Origin: Sulfurovum sp.
GTDB lineage: Bacteria; Campylobacterota; Campylobacteria; Campylobacterales; Sulfurovaceae
Direction: 5' to 3'
NCBI GenBank assembly: GCA_021166685.1
Contig: JAJPEU010000007.1
Coordinates: 120,212-184,211, forward strand
Length of the DNA: 64,000 bases
Part shown: positions 26,945 to 37,538 of the stretch, piece by piece
How positions within the stretch are numbered: the stretch's first letter is position 1
How the letters are laid out: the number at the start of each line of letters is the position of its first letter
Translations under genes and position numbers: made by a program
Notes under the pieces: model-generated
What the model was told of the DNA's origin: nothing
Seen by the model: only the letters and a program-made list of their open reading frames with translations
Database searches by the model: none

Positions 26945-28815
26945 TAACGTCTTCCTTTTTGATTTATTTTAATATAAATATGTATAATCTCCAGTGCCGC
27001 AGGAGTAACACCGGAAACTTGAGAGGCCTCAAAAAGCGTAGGCGGCGTTGATCTTTCTAACTTTTCGACAATTTCATTGCTTAATCCGGAAACTTTACGG
27101 TACACAAAATCTTCAGGGATTTTGATTTTAAGCATATCTTCCATTTTGTCTATCTGATCTTGCTGCTTTTCAATGTACCGGCTATACTTGGCTTCTATAA
27201 GAATCTGCTCTATCACTTCATCACTGTATTTGTCAAACTCAGGCAAAAGAGTAACGAGCTTTTCTCTATTGAAGTCTCCGCGGCCTACTACATCTATCCA
27301 GCATGTTCTGTCATTGATTTTCACTGCGCCAATCTCTTCTAGTTTTGCTAAAAAATCTTTTGTAGGTGTCACATAATTGTGGCGCATAAAATTTAATGCT
27401 TCTTGAATATTTTGATGCTTTTCTTCTACTTTTTTTATATATTCATCGTCAAGCAATCCCAAAGTTTTGCCGTAATGCGAAAGTCTTACGTCGGCGTTGT
27501 CTTCTCTCAAAAGCAAGCGATACTCTGCGCGAGAGGTAAACATACGATAAGGCTCTTTGGTACCTTTTGTAACCAAGTCATCGATAAGCACTCCGATATA
27601 AGCTTCATCTCGTCTAAGGACAAAAGGCTCTTTGCCTTGCAGGCTAAGTGCGGCATTGATGCCGGCCATCAATCCTTGTGCTGCTGCCTCTTCGTAGCCT
27701 GTTGTACCATTGATCTGGCCTGCACAGTAAAGTCCTTTTATTTTTTTTGTCTCCAAAGTATGTTTTAGATCCGTTGGCTGAATATAGTCATACTCTATCG
27801 CATAACCATAGCGTACAATCTTTGCATTTTCCATTCCTTTGACTGACCGTATCATGTCCAGCTGAACATCCGTCGGCAAAGAAGTGCTCATGCCGTTTAT
27901 ATAATATTCTGTCTCTTCTGCAGTTTGAGGCTCCACAAAAATCTGATGTCTTGGCCTGTCTCTAAAACGACTGATCTTGTCTTCAATGCTGGGACAGTAT
28001 CTGGGCCCTACTCCTTCTATCTGTCCTGAAAAAAGCGGTGCTCTGTAAAAGTTGCTTCCTATAATGTCGTGTGTCGTTTCATTCGTATATGCTATATAAC
28101 ATGGAAGCTGTTTGGGGTGAAATGTTTTTCTGTCTGTACGGAAAGAAAAAGGAGGTGCAGGGGTGTCGCCCGGCTGAACTTCCATCACCGATGTGTCAAC
28201 ACTCTTTGCATCGATACGGGCGCATGTTCCCGTTTTAAGTCGTCCGATATTAAGTCCCAAACCTTTTAAATTTTCTGCAAGCTTCACCGATGCAAATTCA
28301 CCTTGCCTGCCTGCTGTTTGTTTTTTTTCACCGATATGGATCAAGCCGTTTAGAAATGTCCCCGAAGCGATAATTACTTTAGGTGCCATATAGATATTGC
28401 CCAACTGTGTAGTCACACCTTTGACTTCATTTTCTTCCACGATAAGCTCTTCGGCAATTTCCTGCTTAACATCTAAATTTTCTGTATTAAGTATTGCATT
28501 GCGCATATAAATACGGTATTTATCCATATCTATTTGTGCTCTGCTTCCTCTGACTGCCGGACCTTTTGAGGCATTAAGTATACGAAATTGAATACCCGTT
28601 GCATCGGTACAAAGCCCCATTTCTCCACCTAGGGCATCCAGCTCTTTCACCAAATGTCCTTTGGCCAGCCCGCCTATTGCAGGGTTGCACGAAGAAGCCC
28701 CTGTCTGCTCAACAAGTATTGTAATCATCAGCGTCTTTGCACCCATACGTGCAGAAGCAAGTGCAGCTTCTATCCCTGCATGGCCCCCGCCAATTACTAT
28801 AATGTCATAATTCAT
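26944..28815 (-). CDS. mnmG: tRNA uridine 5-carboxymethylaminomethyl modification enzyme
   Basis: [18 protein letters not shown] and [16 protein letters not shown] motifs, 623 aa. Confidence 0.95.
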   Translation of the reverse strand: MNYDIIVIGGGHAGIEAALASARMGAKTLMITILVEQTGASSCNPAIGGLAKGHLVKELDALGGEMGLCTDATGIQFRILNASKGPAVRGSRAQIDMDKYRIYMRNAILNTENLDVKQEIAEELIVEENEVKGVTTQLGNIYMAPKVIIASGTFLNGLIHIGEKKQTAGRQGEFASVKLAENLKGLGLNIGRLKTGTCARIDAKSVDTSVMEVQPGDTPAPPFSFRTDRKTFHPKQLPCYIAYTNETTHDIIGSNFYRAPLFSGQIEGVGPRYCPSIEDKISRFRDRPRHQIFVEPQTAEETEYYINGMSTSLPTDVQLDMIRSVKGMENAKIVRYGYAIEYDYIQPTDLKHTLETKKIKGLYCAGQINGTTGYEEAAAQGLMAGINAALSLQGKEPFVLRRDEAYIGVLIDDLVTKGTKEPYRMFTSRAEYRLLLREDNADVRLSHYGKTLGLLDDEYIKKVEEKHQNIQEALNFMRHNYVTPTKDFLAKLEEIGAVKINDRTCWIDVVGRGDFNREKLVTLLPEFDKYSDEVIEQILIEAKYSRYIEKQQDQIDKMEDMLKIKIPEDFVYRKVSGLSNEIVEKLERSTPPTLFEASQVSGVTPAALEIIHIYIKINQKGRR

Positions 28816-29029
28816 TCAAAAACTCCATTTTGGGGCGAATAATGTCCAATGAACAACAAATAAATTTAAGTTTGTTTTTTAAAGCCTATAATTTTGCCGA
28901 TGAAAATAAAAAGCAAAGTTGATAGTCTATAACCCTGCTTTATTTATTGTCCACTATTATCTATTCACTAGATTTTGGTTATAATAAGCGAATTATATCT
29001 AAAATTATTAAGGGGACGGCGCGCCATTC

Positions 29030-29662
29030 ATGTTTACAGGGCTTATACGAGAAATTTCCATTGTCAAGCACTATCAGAATAACATCTTAAGCATTCAGTC
29101 AAAGCATCAAGCTAAACTAGGTGATTCTATTGCGGTCAATGGTGTTTGTTTAACTGTCATCAAAATCAATCCCGACGGATTTGATCTGGAACTCTCTGAT
29201 GAGACACGTTCTATTGTAGAAACAAGCAAATTTAGCGGGAAAGTTCACATCGAACCTGCCATGCAAATGAATGACCGTTTTGAAGGGCACGTCGTTCAGG
29301 GGCATGTCGATTGTACAGGGACTGTATTGCAAATTATTTCGCGTGAAAATGCAGTCGATTATATTATTCGGGTTGACTCCAACTACATCCCCTATATTGT
29401 CCCCAAAGGTTCGATTGCTATAGACGGTGTCAGTCTAACCGTCAATGATGTCCAAAAAGAGAGTTTTAGGCTCACGATTATCCCTCATACTCTCAAAGAA
29501 ACACTCATCGGCCAGTACAAACTAGGCACAAAGGTTAATATAGAAACAGATATGTTCGCCAGATATATCAATCATATTCTTACACACAGAAATACTTTCA
29601 TCAAAAACCCCAATAAACGTATAAGCTGGAATGATATCGACACAATTCAGATGAGCTATTGA
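29030..29662 (+). CDS. ribE: riboflavin synthase alpha chain
   Basis: MFTGLI start and two lumazine-binding repeats (GDSIAVNGVCLTV and GSIAIDGVSLTV). Confidence 0.9.
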   Translation: MFTGLIREISIVKHYQNNILSIQSKHQAKLGDSIAVNGVCLTVIKINPDGFDLELSDETRSIVETSKFSGKVHIEPAMQMNDRFEGHVVQGHVDCTGTVLQIISRENAVDYIIRVDSNYIPYIVPKGSIAIDGVSLTVNDVQKESFRLTIIPHTLKETLIGQYKLGTKVNIETDMFARYINHILTHRNTFIKNPNKRISWNDIDTIQMSY

Positions 29663-29958
29663 TGAATTTGTATGACTGCATCGTACCGAACGTTGGTGAA
29701 AACTTCACTACGCTGCTCGAACACAAAAATATTAAAATAGTCCGTATTGTAAGCTCTGACAAGATTGAACCCATTGAATACATCCAAGAAGAAGATGAAT
29801 GGATTCTTTTATTGGAAGGAGAAGCAACACTGTTTTTAAAGCAGAAAGAAATAACGCTTTTGAAGGGAGAAAATCTTTTGATTCCTTCAAAAACACCCCA
29901 TCGTGTCACAAAAACTCAAAAAGGAACACTTTGGCTTGCAGTACATCTTTATAAATAA
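29659..29958 (+). CDS. cupin domain protein
   Basis: 99 aa with a cupin-like pattern (EWILLLEGEATL...LIPSKTPHRV). ATGA overlap with ribE. Confidence 0.6.
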   Translation: MMNLYDCIVPNVGENFTTLLEHKNIKIVRIVSSDKIEPIEYIQEEDEWILLLEGEATLFLKQKEITLLKGENLLIPSKTPHRVTKTQKGTLWLAVHLYK

Positions 29959-30725
29959 TCCCCGTCTTTCAAACTTCTAGCGAAGGGATTTCTTTGAATT
30001 TTTAATGCCATATCGATAGGTTCCAAATCTAAATGGTGAGGGCTTGCTACCATCGAAGAACGTACCTTATCTCCACAATAAGCAAAGAGCTTGAATCCAT
30101 TTTCATGCAATCCCAGCCGAACCGCTGCAGCGGTAGAATAGGTAGTCAGCATTGCATCATCGGCACAGATGGATCTTAGGTCCGAGAAATACTCTTTGGT
30201 CCACAATAAAGGGTTATGCGCCGGACTAAATGCATCTTGATAGACAATATCAATGTTCTCTTTAATCTTAGGGATGCTTTCTCTTGCATCTCCAAGCAAT
30301 ATTTCTATCTTAAGCTGTTCATCTTCATAATAAAACTCTCGACTTAAAACCTCGATTATGGGCTTGAAATCATCAAAAGCCTTAGGATACTCAAAGCCAC
30401 AGAGCGAACGAACAAGCTTTTCATCAAATTCCGGAGAGAGAATGTGTATTTTTGTTTGAAGTCTTTGCTGCTTGATATAATAAAGCGTTGCCAGCGTATT
30501 GTAGCCCAAACCAAAACAAATATCCAAAATTGCCAAGGATGCTTTTTCTTTTTGGAGTAAAAAAGCAGGTTTTACATGTTTTTCTAAAGACTCATGAAGT
30601 GCGCCGTCTTTTGTTGAATGGTAGGCCTCGTCAAATTCACAAGAAAAAAGCGTAACAGAACCATCCTGTGTAGCAACCAGTCTTTTTTGATCTCTTAAAG
30701 ATTCATTATATATTTCGTTTTTCAT
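29949..30725 (-). CDS. mnmD: tRNA 5-methylaminomethyl-2-thiouridine methyltransferase, MnmD/MnmC methyltransferase-domain type
   Basis: ILDICFGLGYN (SAM site) and VYQDAFSPAHNPLLWT motifs. Confidence 0.7.
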   Translation of the reverse strand: MKNEIYNESLRDQKRLVATQDGSVTLFSCEFDEAYHSTKDGALHESLEKHVKPAFLLQKEKASLAILDICFGLGYNTLATLYYIKQQRLQTKIHILSPEFDEKLVRSLCGFEYPKAFDDFKPIIEVLSREFYYEDEQLKIEILLGDARESIPKIKENIDIVYQDAFSPAHNPLLWTKEYFSDLRSICADDAMLTTYSTAAAVRLGLHENGFKLFAYCGDKVRSSMVASPHHLDLEPIDMALKIQRNPFARSLKDGDYL

Positions 30726-30751
30726 TTTTCATTTTTGCCGGGGTTGTTTTA

Positions 30752-31057
30752 TTATACTCCAATTTCATCAAGCTCTTTAAATTTAAACGCTTCCATGATC
30801 TCTTCAATGCTCTCTTCTTGACGTCTCACCAAAACCATCATACCTTCTTGCATAAATTCCATGTAGTTTTCAAATTTATTTTCCAAAATGACAAAATCTA
30901 TCCATTCTTCTCCAATAGCTGTTCGATTTTCAAAAAATTGTATATACTGAATCTCCCCGCTCTCAAACTTTACCAATGCCCATGCCTTTTTATTTACAAG
31001 AGTAGCAATGCGTGATTTCTGATCCATGACACTTTCTACAGGAATTAAAATCAGCAT
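30752..31057 (-). CDS. hypothetical small acidic protein (101 aa)
   Basis: The ORF overlaps the luxS stop by 7 nt. No motif I can name with confidence. Confidence 0.4.
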   Translation of the reverse strand: MLILIPVESVMDQKSRIATLVNKKAWALVKFESGEIQYIQFFENRTAIGEEWIDFVILENKFENYMEFMQEGMMVLVRRQEESIEEIMEAFKFKELDEIGV

Positions 31058-31569
31058 GATAATTCTTTTTTGAATTCTTTCTGGCTAAGTTTTAACTTTT
31101 TATTACTCATGGTTCCTACACCTTTTTGAAGTACATTTTTGGCTATTTGCTGCGCCTGTTTCAATGAATGCATCTTGCATGTACCGCACTGATAAAGATT
31201 TAGCTCGGGGATGTCTGCTTTATTTTTTACATTTAGTATATCTTTCATCGATTTCTCCCATGCTTTGGCTACCTTGTTTTTTTTTGGAGATCCCAGCAAA
31301 GACATATAAAATCCCGTACGGCACCCCATCGGAGAAATATCTATGATCTCAACCTCCTCAGAATTTAAATGATTTCTCATAAAACCTGCGAAAAGATGCT
31401 CCAAAGTATGCATTCCCTTGGAAGGCAGTATCTCTTTATTGGGTACACAAAAACGCAAATCAAATACGGTAATTTGATCGCCGCTTGGCGTACTCATTTT
31501 TTTAGCCACACGCACTGCCGGCGCTGTCATTTTTGTATGATCTACAGTAAAACTGTCTAATAATGGCAT
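31051..31569 (-). CDS. luxS: S-ribosylhomocysteine lyase
   Basis: [15 protein letters not shown] and [10 protein letters not shown] metal-site motifs. Confidence 0.92.
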   Translation of the reverse strand: MPLLDSFTVDHTKMTAPAVRVAKKMSTPSGDQITVFDLRFCVPNKEILPSKGMHTLEHLFAGFMRNHLNSEEVEIIDISPMGCRTGFYMSLLGSPKKNKVAKAWEKSMKDILNVKNKADIPELNLYQCGTCKMHSLKQAQQIAKNVLQKGVGTMSNKKLKLSQKEFKKELSC

Positions 31570-31811
31570 TTTTTCACCTCTTACTTTTTTTTGATTATAG
31601 CAGTTTTAGTCAAAAAATTTTGAAAGATTCGCAACGCAAATGTATTTAATGAAAAATAATCTGTTGATGAATTTGTTTTGGCTTCTATTGGATTTATTTG
31701 AAAGATGGATGCGGACTTAACAAACTCATTTAGAGATTAATCCGATAGAGTGCGACCGCTCTCGAAAGATTGTCGCACAAATTGGTGATATATGAACTAT
31801 AGAAGCAAAGA

Positions 31812-32765
31812 TTAGATTCTGGCCTCTTCGCGTCGCTGTAACATCTCCCACTTTTGATCAATCTCTTTTTGGATTGATTCAATCACATGTTTATGCTCTG
31901 GTTTAAAAAGATGTTTATATCTTCCCTGTGCTGCAAGATACTCTTCTACGGGAATCACATTTTTCGGTCTATAAAGAATGTTCAGTTCATGACCATCTAT
32001 AATCTCATAAATTGGGAACATTAAAGAATCTGTTGCTAAGTCCGTAATATGAATTGTATCTTTTGGATCAAATCTCCATTCAGTAGTACAAGCCGAAACT
32101 GTATTGATAAAACATGGGCCTTCTGTCCCTAATGCTTTTTGAAAACCTTGCGCCATGCTTTTCCATTTGTTTGGAGCAAGTTGGGCCACATAAGGAGCAC
32201 CATGTGCTGCCATAATGGATACAATATCTTTTTTCTTTTCTTTTTTGCCATAACTATGAGAACCCGCTTGAGCTGTGGTTGTTGTTGCTCCTATCGGTGT
32301 AGATGAGGATCTTTGACCCCCGGTATTGGCATAGTTTTCATTATCCAAACAAATGTATGTAAAGTCATGGCCTCTTTCCATAGCACCGCTTAGCCACTGA
32401 AACCCGATATCATACGTTGAACCATCACCGCCAAATGCCACAAATTTCACAGGCGCATCAGGATCTTTCAATGTTCCTTTTCTTTTTCTTGCTTTATACA
32501 TTGCTTCGGCACCTGAAATCGCGGTTGCCGCATTCTCAAATCCAATATGAATCCAAGAAGTGTCCCAAGACGTATAAGGATACACTGCGGTTGATACCTC
32601 TAAACAGCCGGTATTTGTACTGATCACAAGGTTATCATCCGTACAGTTCATAAGTTCTCTAACGATCATTGAGTGTGCACAGCCAGGACAAAGAAGATGC
32701 GCGCCTTCAAATCTATCATTATTTGTTGAAAATTCTTTTAAATTTTTTATTGATGTAATCGCCAT
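31812..32765 (-). CDS. porB: pyruvate:ferredoxin oxidoreductase beta (TPP-binding) subunit
   Basis: CPGCAH near the N-terminus and the GGDGSTYDIGFQ TPP motif. Confidence 0.9.
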   Translation of the reverse strand: MAITSIKNLKEFSTNNDRFEGAHLLCPGCAHSMIVRELMNCTDDNLVISTNTGCLEVSTAVYPYTSWDTSWIHIGFENAATAISGAEAMYKARKRKGTLKDPDAPVKFVAFGGDGSTYDIGFQWLSGAMERGHDFTYICLDNENYANTGGQRSSSTPIGATTTTAQAGSHSYGKKEKKKDIVSIMAAHGAPYVAQLAPNKWKSMAQGFQKALGTEGPCFINTVSACTTEWRFDPKDTIHITDLATDSLMFPIYEIIDGHELNILYRPKNVIPVEEYLAAQGRYKHLFKPEHKHVIESIQKEIDQKWEMLQRREEARI

Positions 32766-32768
32766 CTT

Positions 32769-34004
32769 TTAGCTCCTTTTTGTTTCAAAAAATCCAAGCT
32801 TCGGACCTCTAAGTCCACTAAATTGCTGAATAGATGTTGTAATATGTCCTGCATCGACATGTGCTTTTTGTTCCATAAAAATACGTTTTGCCTCTTTAAC
32901 AGCGAAGTCGCGGCCGCCAAGACCATAAATAAAGTTTGTCACCATTGGTCTCGCCTGCGTGCTGTATAGTGCCGCTGACACCTCATTAAAAAGTGCGCCC
33001 ATTGCGCCTCCCGGAGATGATCTGTCAAGGCAAGCTATGGCTTTAACGTCCTTAAGTGCTTCCCTGATCGCATCGAAAGGGAAAGGTCTAAAGCATCTTG
33101 GTGCAACCACCCCCGCCTTGATACCTTCAGCCCTTAGCTCCTCTGCTGCCAATCTACATGTTTCAACACTTGAGCCAAGTGCTACAATAGCCACTTCTGC
33201 ATCTTCCATAAGATAGTTTTCAACTCTATTGTAGGTTCTGCCTGTCAATTTCCCATATTCAGCAAATACTTCATCAATAATTGCACGGGAATCCATTAAT
33301 GCTTTATGCTGTTTTGCTTTATGTTCAAAATGCCAATCTTCTTCAGTCTGCGCCCCATAAGTAACAGGTCTGGTAAAATCAAGCATTTCATCTACGCATT
33401 TATAATCCCCTACAAATCTATACGCCTCTTCGTCGCTCAAAGGATGAATATTTTGAGCTGTGTGAGATGTAAGAAATCCGTCTTGATGCACCATCACCGG
33501 AAGCCTTACATTTAAATGCTCTCCTATTCTAAATGCACAGAGAGTCATATCGTATGCTTCTTCGGCATTAAATGCATCCAGCTGAATCCAACCGGAATCA
33601 CGCCCCAGATACATATCTGAGTGATCACCCCGCACATTGAGCGGAGAAGCCAATGCTCTGTTGGCGACAGTAAGAACGATAGGCAGTCTCATACCTGATG
33701 CCTGATAAAGCACTTCAACCATCAATGCAAATCCTTGAGACGATGTTGCTGTTGCTACACGGCCTCCGGCCGCTGCAGCACCAACGCATCCTGACATCGC
33801 CGCATGCTCAGATTCTACCATAACAAATTCGCCATCAATATACCCATTTGCTACATAATTTCCATAATTTTCAACAATAGGTGTTGAAGGCGTGATTGGG
33901 TATGCTGCAACCACATCCACCTGCGCTTGTCTTAATGCTTGAGAAATAGCATAATTGCCATCCCAAACTTCTGTCTCTTTGATTTCATATTTTTCTGCCA
34001 TCAT
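32769..34004 (-). CDS. porA: pyruvate:ferredoxin oxidoreductase alpha subunit
   Basis: MMAEKYEIKETEVWDGNYAISQA... The ATG at 34004 is 9 nt after the porD stop and has AGGA upstream. The longer track ORF would overlap porD. Confidence 0.9.
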   Translation of the reverse strand: MMAEKYEIKETEVWDGNYAISQALRQAQVDVVAAYPITPSTPIVENYGNYVANGYIDGEFVMVESEHAAMSGCVGAAAAGGRVATATSSQGFALMVEVLYQASGMRLPIVLTVANRALASPLNVRGDHSDMYLGRDSGWIQLDAFNAEEAYDMTLCAFRIGEHLNVRLPVMVHQDGFLTSHTAQNIHPLSDEEAYRFVGDYKCVDEMLDFTRPVTYGAQTEEDWHFEHKAKQHKALMDSRAIIDEVFAEYGKLTGRTYNRVENYLMEDAEVAIVALGSSVETCRLAAEELRAEGIKAGVVAPRCFRPFPFDAIREALKDVKAIACLDRSSPGGAMGALFNEVSAALYSTQARPMVTNFIYGLGGRDFAVKEAKRIFMEQKAHVDAGHITTSIQQFSGLRGPKLGFFETKRS

Positions 34005-34012
34005 GCGGTCCT

Positions 34013-34468
34013 TTATTTCTCTTCTTTTTTTGTTTTCTCTGGCCACCCAGAAAGTGCTGCATCCAACTCGGTATGTTCCGTAAACATTAAAAGTGATTTT
34101 GGATTTGTCGGACATACTTCCACACAAACTCCGCATCCTTTGCAATGATCATAATCGATCCCTAACATCTGTTTATCTCTCGAGATAATCGAACTGTCCG
34201 GACACCATACCCAGCAATTTTGACAATCGATACACACATCAATATTGAACACCGGTTTTTGTACACGCCATGAGGCTACTGTTGCTGTATACGAGTTAAA
34301 ATCTGAATATACTCTCTCTTCAGCTTTTTGATGAACAATACCTGTCGCATCTCCATCAAAAGAGTTGATCACAACTCCTTGTTGAACCTCATCCCAACCA
34401 ACAAGCTTTTCAGCACCAAGTTCCCTAACACCTCTGTTCTGCGCTGCACATAAATCTTGATCTTGCAT
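34013..34468 (-). CDS. porD: pyruvate:ferredoxin oxidoreductase delta (2x[4Fe-4S] ferredoxin) subunit
   Basis: CIDCQNCWVWCP and CKGCGVCVEVCP cluster motifs. Confidence 0.85.
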   Translation of the reverse strand: MQDQDLCAAQNRGVRELGAEKLVGWDEVQQGVVINSFDGDATGIVHQKAEERVYSDFNSYTATVASWRVQKPVFNIDVCIDCQNCWVWCPDSSIISRDKQMLGIDYDHCKGCGVCVEVCPTNPKSLLMFTEHTELDAALSGWPEKTKKEEK

Positions 34469-34480
34469 TTTCTTCCCTTT

Positions 34481-35047
34481 CTACTTAACTTCGTTATACG
34501 CTCTTGAAATTGCGTCCATGTTTGAATCGATAATCTTTTGCGGAAATTTTGAAAGTACTCTTTTCATACTCTCTAAGAAATAATCAAGTTCAAACATTCC
34601 AGAAACTTTTATAAAAGCGCCGAGCATGGGAGCATTTGGAACAACTCTTCCGATTGTATCAAGAGAAATTTGCATACAATCTACCACAAATACACGATCC
34701 TCTTTCCCCGATAGCGCAGGGATTCCCTTGATCAATTCTTCTTTGCTGAGATGTGTTGTAATAATATAGCATGTTGAAGGCTTGTCATTTTCTGTAATAT
34801 TGTCCGTAAAAGCCAATGCAGGATCAATGACCAAGACATAATCAGGCAACATAAATTTCTCATGATTAATAATCTTTTTGTCATCAATTCTATTGTAAGC
34901 CCTCATTGCTGCCCCTCTTTTGGCAGATCCATACAGAGCAAAGGCTTGCACCTCTTTCCCTGTTGTAGAAACAACATCTCCTAACCCTTTGGCTCCTGTC
35001 ACGGCACCTTGACCTGCACGAGAGTGCCATCTTATTTCTACCATCAT
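34481..35047 (-). CDS. porG: pyruvate:ferredoxin oxidoreductase gamma subunit
   Basis: EIRWHSRAGQGAVT is typical of POR gamma. It is the first gene of the porGDAB block. Confidence 0.85.
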   Translation of the reverse strand: MMVEIRWHSRAGQGAVTGAKGLGDVVSTTGKEVQAFALYGSAKRGAAMRAYNRIDDKKIINHEKFMLPDYVLVIDPALAFTDNITENDKPSTCYIITTHLSKEELIKGIPALSGKEDRVFVVDCMQISLDTIGRVVPNAPMLGAFIKVSGMFELDYFLESMKRVLSKFPQKIIDSNMDAISRAYNEVK

Positions 35048-35141
35048 TTCTCCTCATTTAATTTAACACACGATGTTTGTTTTTATTTTAATAAAGCCCG
35101 TCTTAAATTGTGCTTGAATTTACATTTTTTTTAACTTTCGC

Positions 35142-35783
35142 TTACGATACGCTAATAAATTGCACTGCTTTAAATGCATTTTCGCAAATATGGTCTGCAA
35201 ATGGGGATAAAGTACTTTCATCCGCATATCCGCATTTTACTCCTACGGCACGAATCCCGGCATCTTTGGCTGCCAAGATATCCATAGGGGTATCTCCTAT
35301 CATCCAGCATTTGTTTTTATCACTTCCCAGCTTCAGTATGGCTTTAAGTATTGGTTCTGGATGTGGCTTCGGATAGGTTACATCTTCTCTTCCTATGAGC
35401 ACTTCAAAATATTTCATTATTCCCATATGCTCTAAAAGTTCAATGGAGTATTTGGCTGTTTTTGTTGTAACAACACCTAATCTGGCATCCTGGCTTGCCA
35501 AATGTACTGCTTGTGCGGCCTGCGGAAGCAAAACTGTTTTTTGGCAGCTTATTTGTCTGTAGTGCATTTTATATGCGTCCACATAACGATTAACCCGGTC
35601 TTCTGGAACACCAAATGTTGCAAACATCCTATCTAACGGGTAACCTATTTGCGCCTTAATTATTTCATCGGGCGGAATTTGTTTTCCAAACATATCAAAT
35701 GCTGCATGAAAACTCTCCAGTATAGCATCTGTCGAATCAATCAATGTACCGTCAAGGTCAAAAAGTATTGTTTTTTCTTTCAT
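35142..35783 (-). CDS. gph: HAD-superfamily hydrolase, phosphoglycolate phosphatase-like
   Basis: FDLDGTLIDS motif I, VVTTK motif II, and the GDTPMDILAAKDAG motif III/IV region. Confidence 0.75.
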   Translation of the reverse strand: MKEKTILFDLDGTLIDSTDAILESFHAAFDMFGKQIPPDEIIKAQIGYPLDRMFATFGVPEDRVNRYVDAYKMHYRQISCQKTVLLPQAAQAVHLASQDARLGVVTTKTAKYSIELLEHMGIMKYFEVLIGREDVTYPKPHPEPILKAILKLGSDKNKCWMIGDTPMDILAAKDAGIRAVGVKCGYADESTLSPFADHICENAFKAVQFISVS

Positions 35784-35806
35784 TCTATCTTCTTTATCCT
35801 AAAAAA

Positions 35807-37297
35807 TTATCTTTGCATACTAGGATCGGGGTTAAACTTCAATATAGTTACAATGGGCACAATAAATCCTATCAGAATAACTGTCCAAAGCAATAAACCT
35901 AAATCATCATAATTTGCAGAGGTTATTATTTGTCCTTCAGCCCTTATCTCTCTTGTGAGTACAAAAATTTGATTGAGATATTTGCTCAAAAGCCCCCCTA
36001 TACTTAATGCAATATTCATTAAACTCGCCATTAAAGCAAACCATGTCCCTTTTTTGCCTGCAGGCGCATAAATTGCCACCAAAGTTAGCATCAGCACGGT
36101 TGCTATATAGTCAAAAGGCGAAGCTACCGCAGTATCTATCAATGCGACTGTGCGCGCATCTACTCCGAGCATCGTATGAATGTCATAATATAAACCAAGG
36201 ATGGGCAAAGATAAGACTGTTCCTACAATGGTAAGGAAAATGAGTACTTTTCCTATGGATTGGTTTACGATATATTTGGAGCTAATCCACATACCCACCA
36301 ACGCTAACGCTGCACCTATCTGCCCCAGAGTACCAAAAAAAGCTTTATCAAATCCCAAAATATCAATCTCCCACCATGTAAGAGCCGGCCCCACGGTAGG
36401 CACTGCACGATATACAAAAATAACAATCATTGCCATTTGAATATGACGAATAGTTTGAGGATCCAAATCAAGCACTAGCGTACGAAGCATATAAAGTACA
36501 ACCATCAAAGAAACAAAAACAACAATTTCTTGGGAGTAGGCTACTTCATTATACCCCATAAGCACAACAAAAACAGCAAATAAGAATCCCCCGAAAAAGA
36601 TCTTTTTGTTTAAAGGTGAACTTTCTACCGGATTAAGTTTTATCAATGTTACTCCGACTACAGACAGCAAAGGAATAAACAAAGAGAGTTTAAACATGGT
36701 TTCATAAGAATAAAGCTGTGCCAGCCATCCTTTCAGTCCGGCCACTACAAAAACCGCTATACCCAAAGAGAGCCGCGCCAAAACCTGAACCATGGCCAAC
36801 TCTTTCTTAATCTGCACATCAGATTGCGTCCTGTCTACCACTTCTGTGCTCATGGTGTCGGCAACAACATCCTGTATCACAAAACCTACTACACTGATCA
36901 CTGATGCAAGAATATAGACTTTATCTTTTTGAAAAGAAGCCAACCACGAAGCATCCGAAACCAATCCGGTCATGAGCATAATCCCTGTTGCGATGAGCAT
37001 GGCACCGATATAAACATAAATTTTTCTATTTGATCCAAACAAAACAAAAGAGTCTATCATCTGTCCGAATATCATCTTGATTGTCCAAGGAACAGTAAGC
37101 CACACACTTAATGCAACAAGGGCTTCTGCGCTTAATTTTAAATGTTCTTTGACCCAAAATGTTTCTGCAACCGCAGTAAACCCGCTTGCTCCATATGCAA
37201 AATAAATCAGCAGCAAGGGAAGATAGCGCATTTTCATTGCACGAATAGGGGTCATAAACATATCAATAAATTTCATCCGCATCCTTTGAATTGTCAT
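35807..37297 (-). CDS. folate-biopterin transporter (BT1)-like MFS-type membrane transporter
   Basis: About 12 TM helices. The N-terminal LLLIYFAYGASGFTAVAETFWVKE...WTIKMIFGQMIDS resembles the BT1 family. Confidence 0.6.
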   Translation of the reverse strand: MTIQRMRMKFIDMFMTPIRAMKMRYLPLLLIYFAYGASGFTAVAETFWVKEHLKLSAEALVALSVWLTVPWTIKMIFGQMIDSFVLFGSNRKIYVYIGAMLIATGIMLMTGLVSDASWLASFQKDKVYILASVISVVGFVIQDVVADTMSTEVVDRTQSDVQIKKELAMVQVLARLSLGIAVFVVAGLKGWLAQLYSYETMFKLSLFIPLLSVVGVTLIKLNPVESSPLNKKIFFGGFLFAVFVVLMGYNEVAYSQEIVVFVSLMVVLYMLRTLVLDLDPQTIRHIQMAMIVIFVYRAVPTVGPALTWWEIDILGFDKAFFGTLGQIGAALALVGMWISSKYIVNQSIGKVLIFLTIVGTVLSLPILGLYYDIHTMLGVDARTVALIDTAVASPFDYIATVLMLTLVAIYAPAGKKGTWFALMASLMNIALSIGGLLSKYLNQIFVLTREIRAEGQIITSANYDDLGLLLWTVILIGFIVPIVTILKFNPDPSMQR

Positions 37298-37538
37298 TCA
37301 AATTTTTCAAAAAATTTTATCATAAAATAAAAGACTTATAATAATTCCGATTGATTATATCTTAATTTCATCAATAATCCTTATAATGCACAACGATAAA
37401 ACTATTCATCATGCTTATTATATTAATAATGAAATAAGTATTTTTAATTAAATTATTTAAATATCTAAAATTAATCTTCATTTAAATATTCTTGAACTAG
37501 AATTTAACTTCGATGATATTTTATTATGAAGGAAGATT

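Noticed and set aside
28816-29029. FMN (RFN) riboswitch upstream of ribE
   Set aside because: The 214-nt divergent intergenic region is AT-rich apart from GGGGACGGCGCGCC next to the start codon. I could not find the conserved RFN core helices or boxes.
31750-31778. 7-bp hairpin GTGCGAC-N15-GTCGCAC downstream of porB as a por operon terminator
   Set aside because: There is no U-tract after it on the minus strand and the loop is long. It may form a structure, but there is not enough evidence to call a terminator.
34005-34145. N-terminal extensions of track ORFs (porA 34005-34145, yajQ 11128-11220, moaA 23142-23240, trxA 7859-7894, queD 21290-21337, petC 24276-24305, petA 26033-26062, carA 53531-53560, HTH 62329-62355, addB 46084-46158)
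   Set aside because: Each extension overlaps the upstream gene or a promoter-like region and lacks an SD. In most cases the internal start is preceded by an SD and gives the family-typical N-terminus. The addB start at 46083 is an exception: I saw no SD there, so that call remains uncertain.
37298-37538. AT-rich near-palindromes (for example TTATTATATTAATAAT) in the divergent sqr / BT1-transporter promoter region as regulator sites
   Set aside because: The region is so AT-rich that such short imperfect dyads are expected by chance. No clean dyad comparable to those at ccoN or hipA was found.
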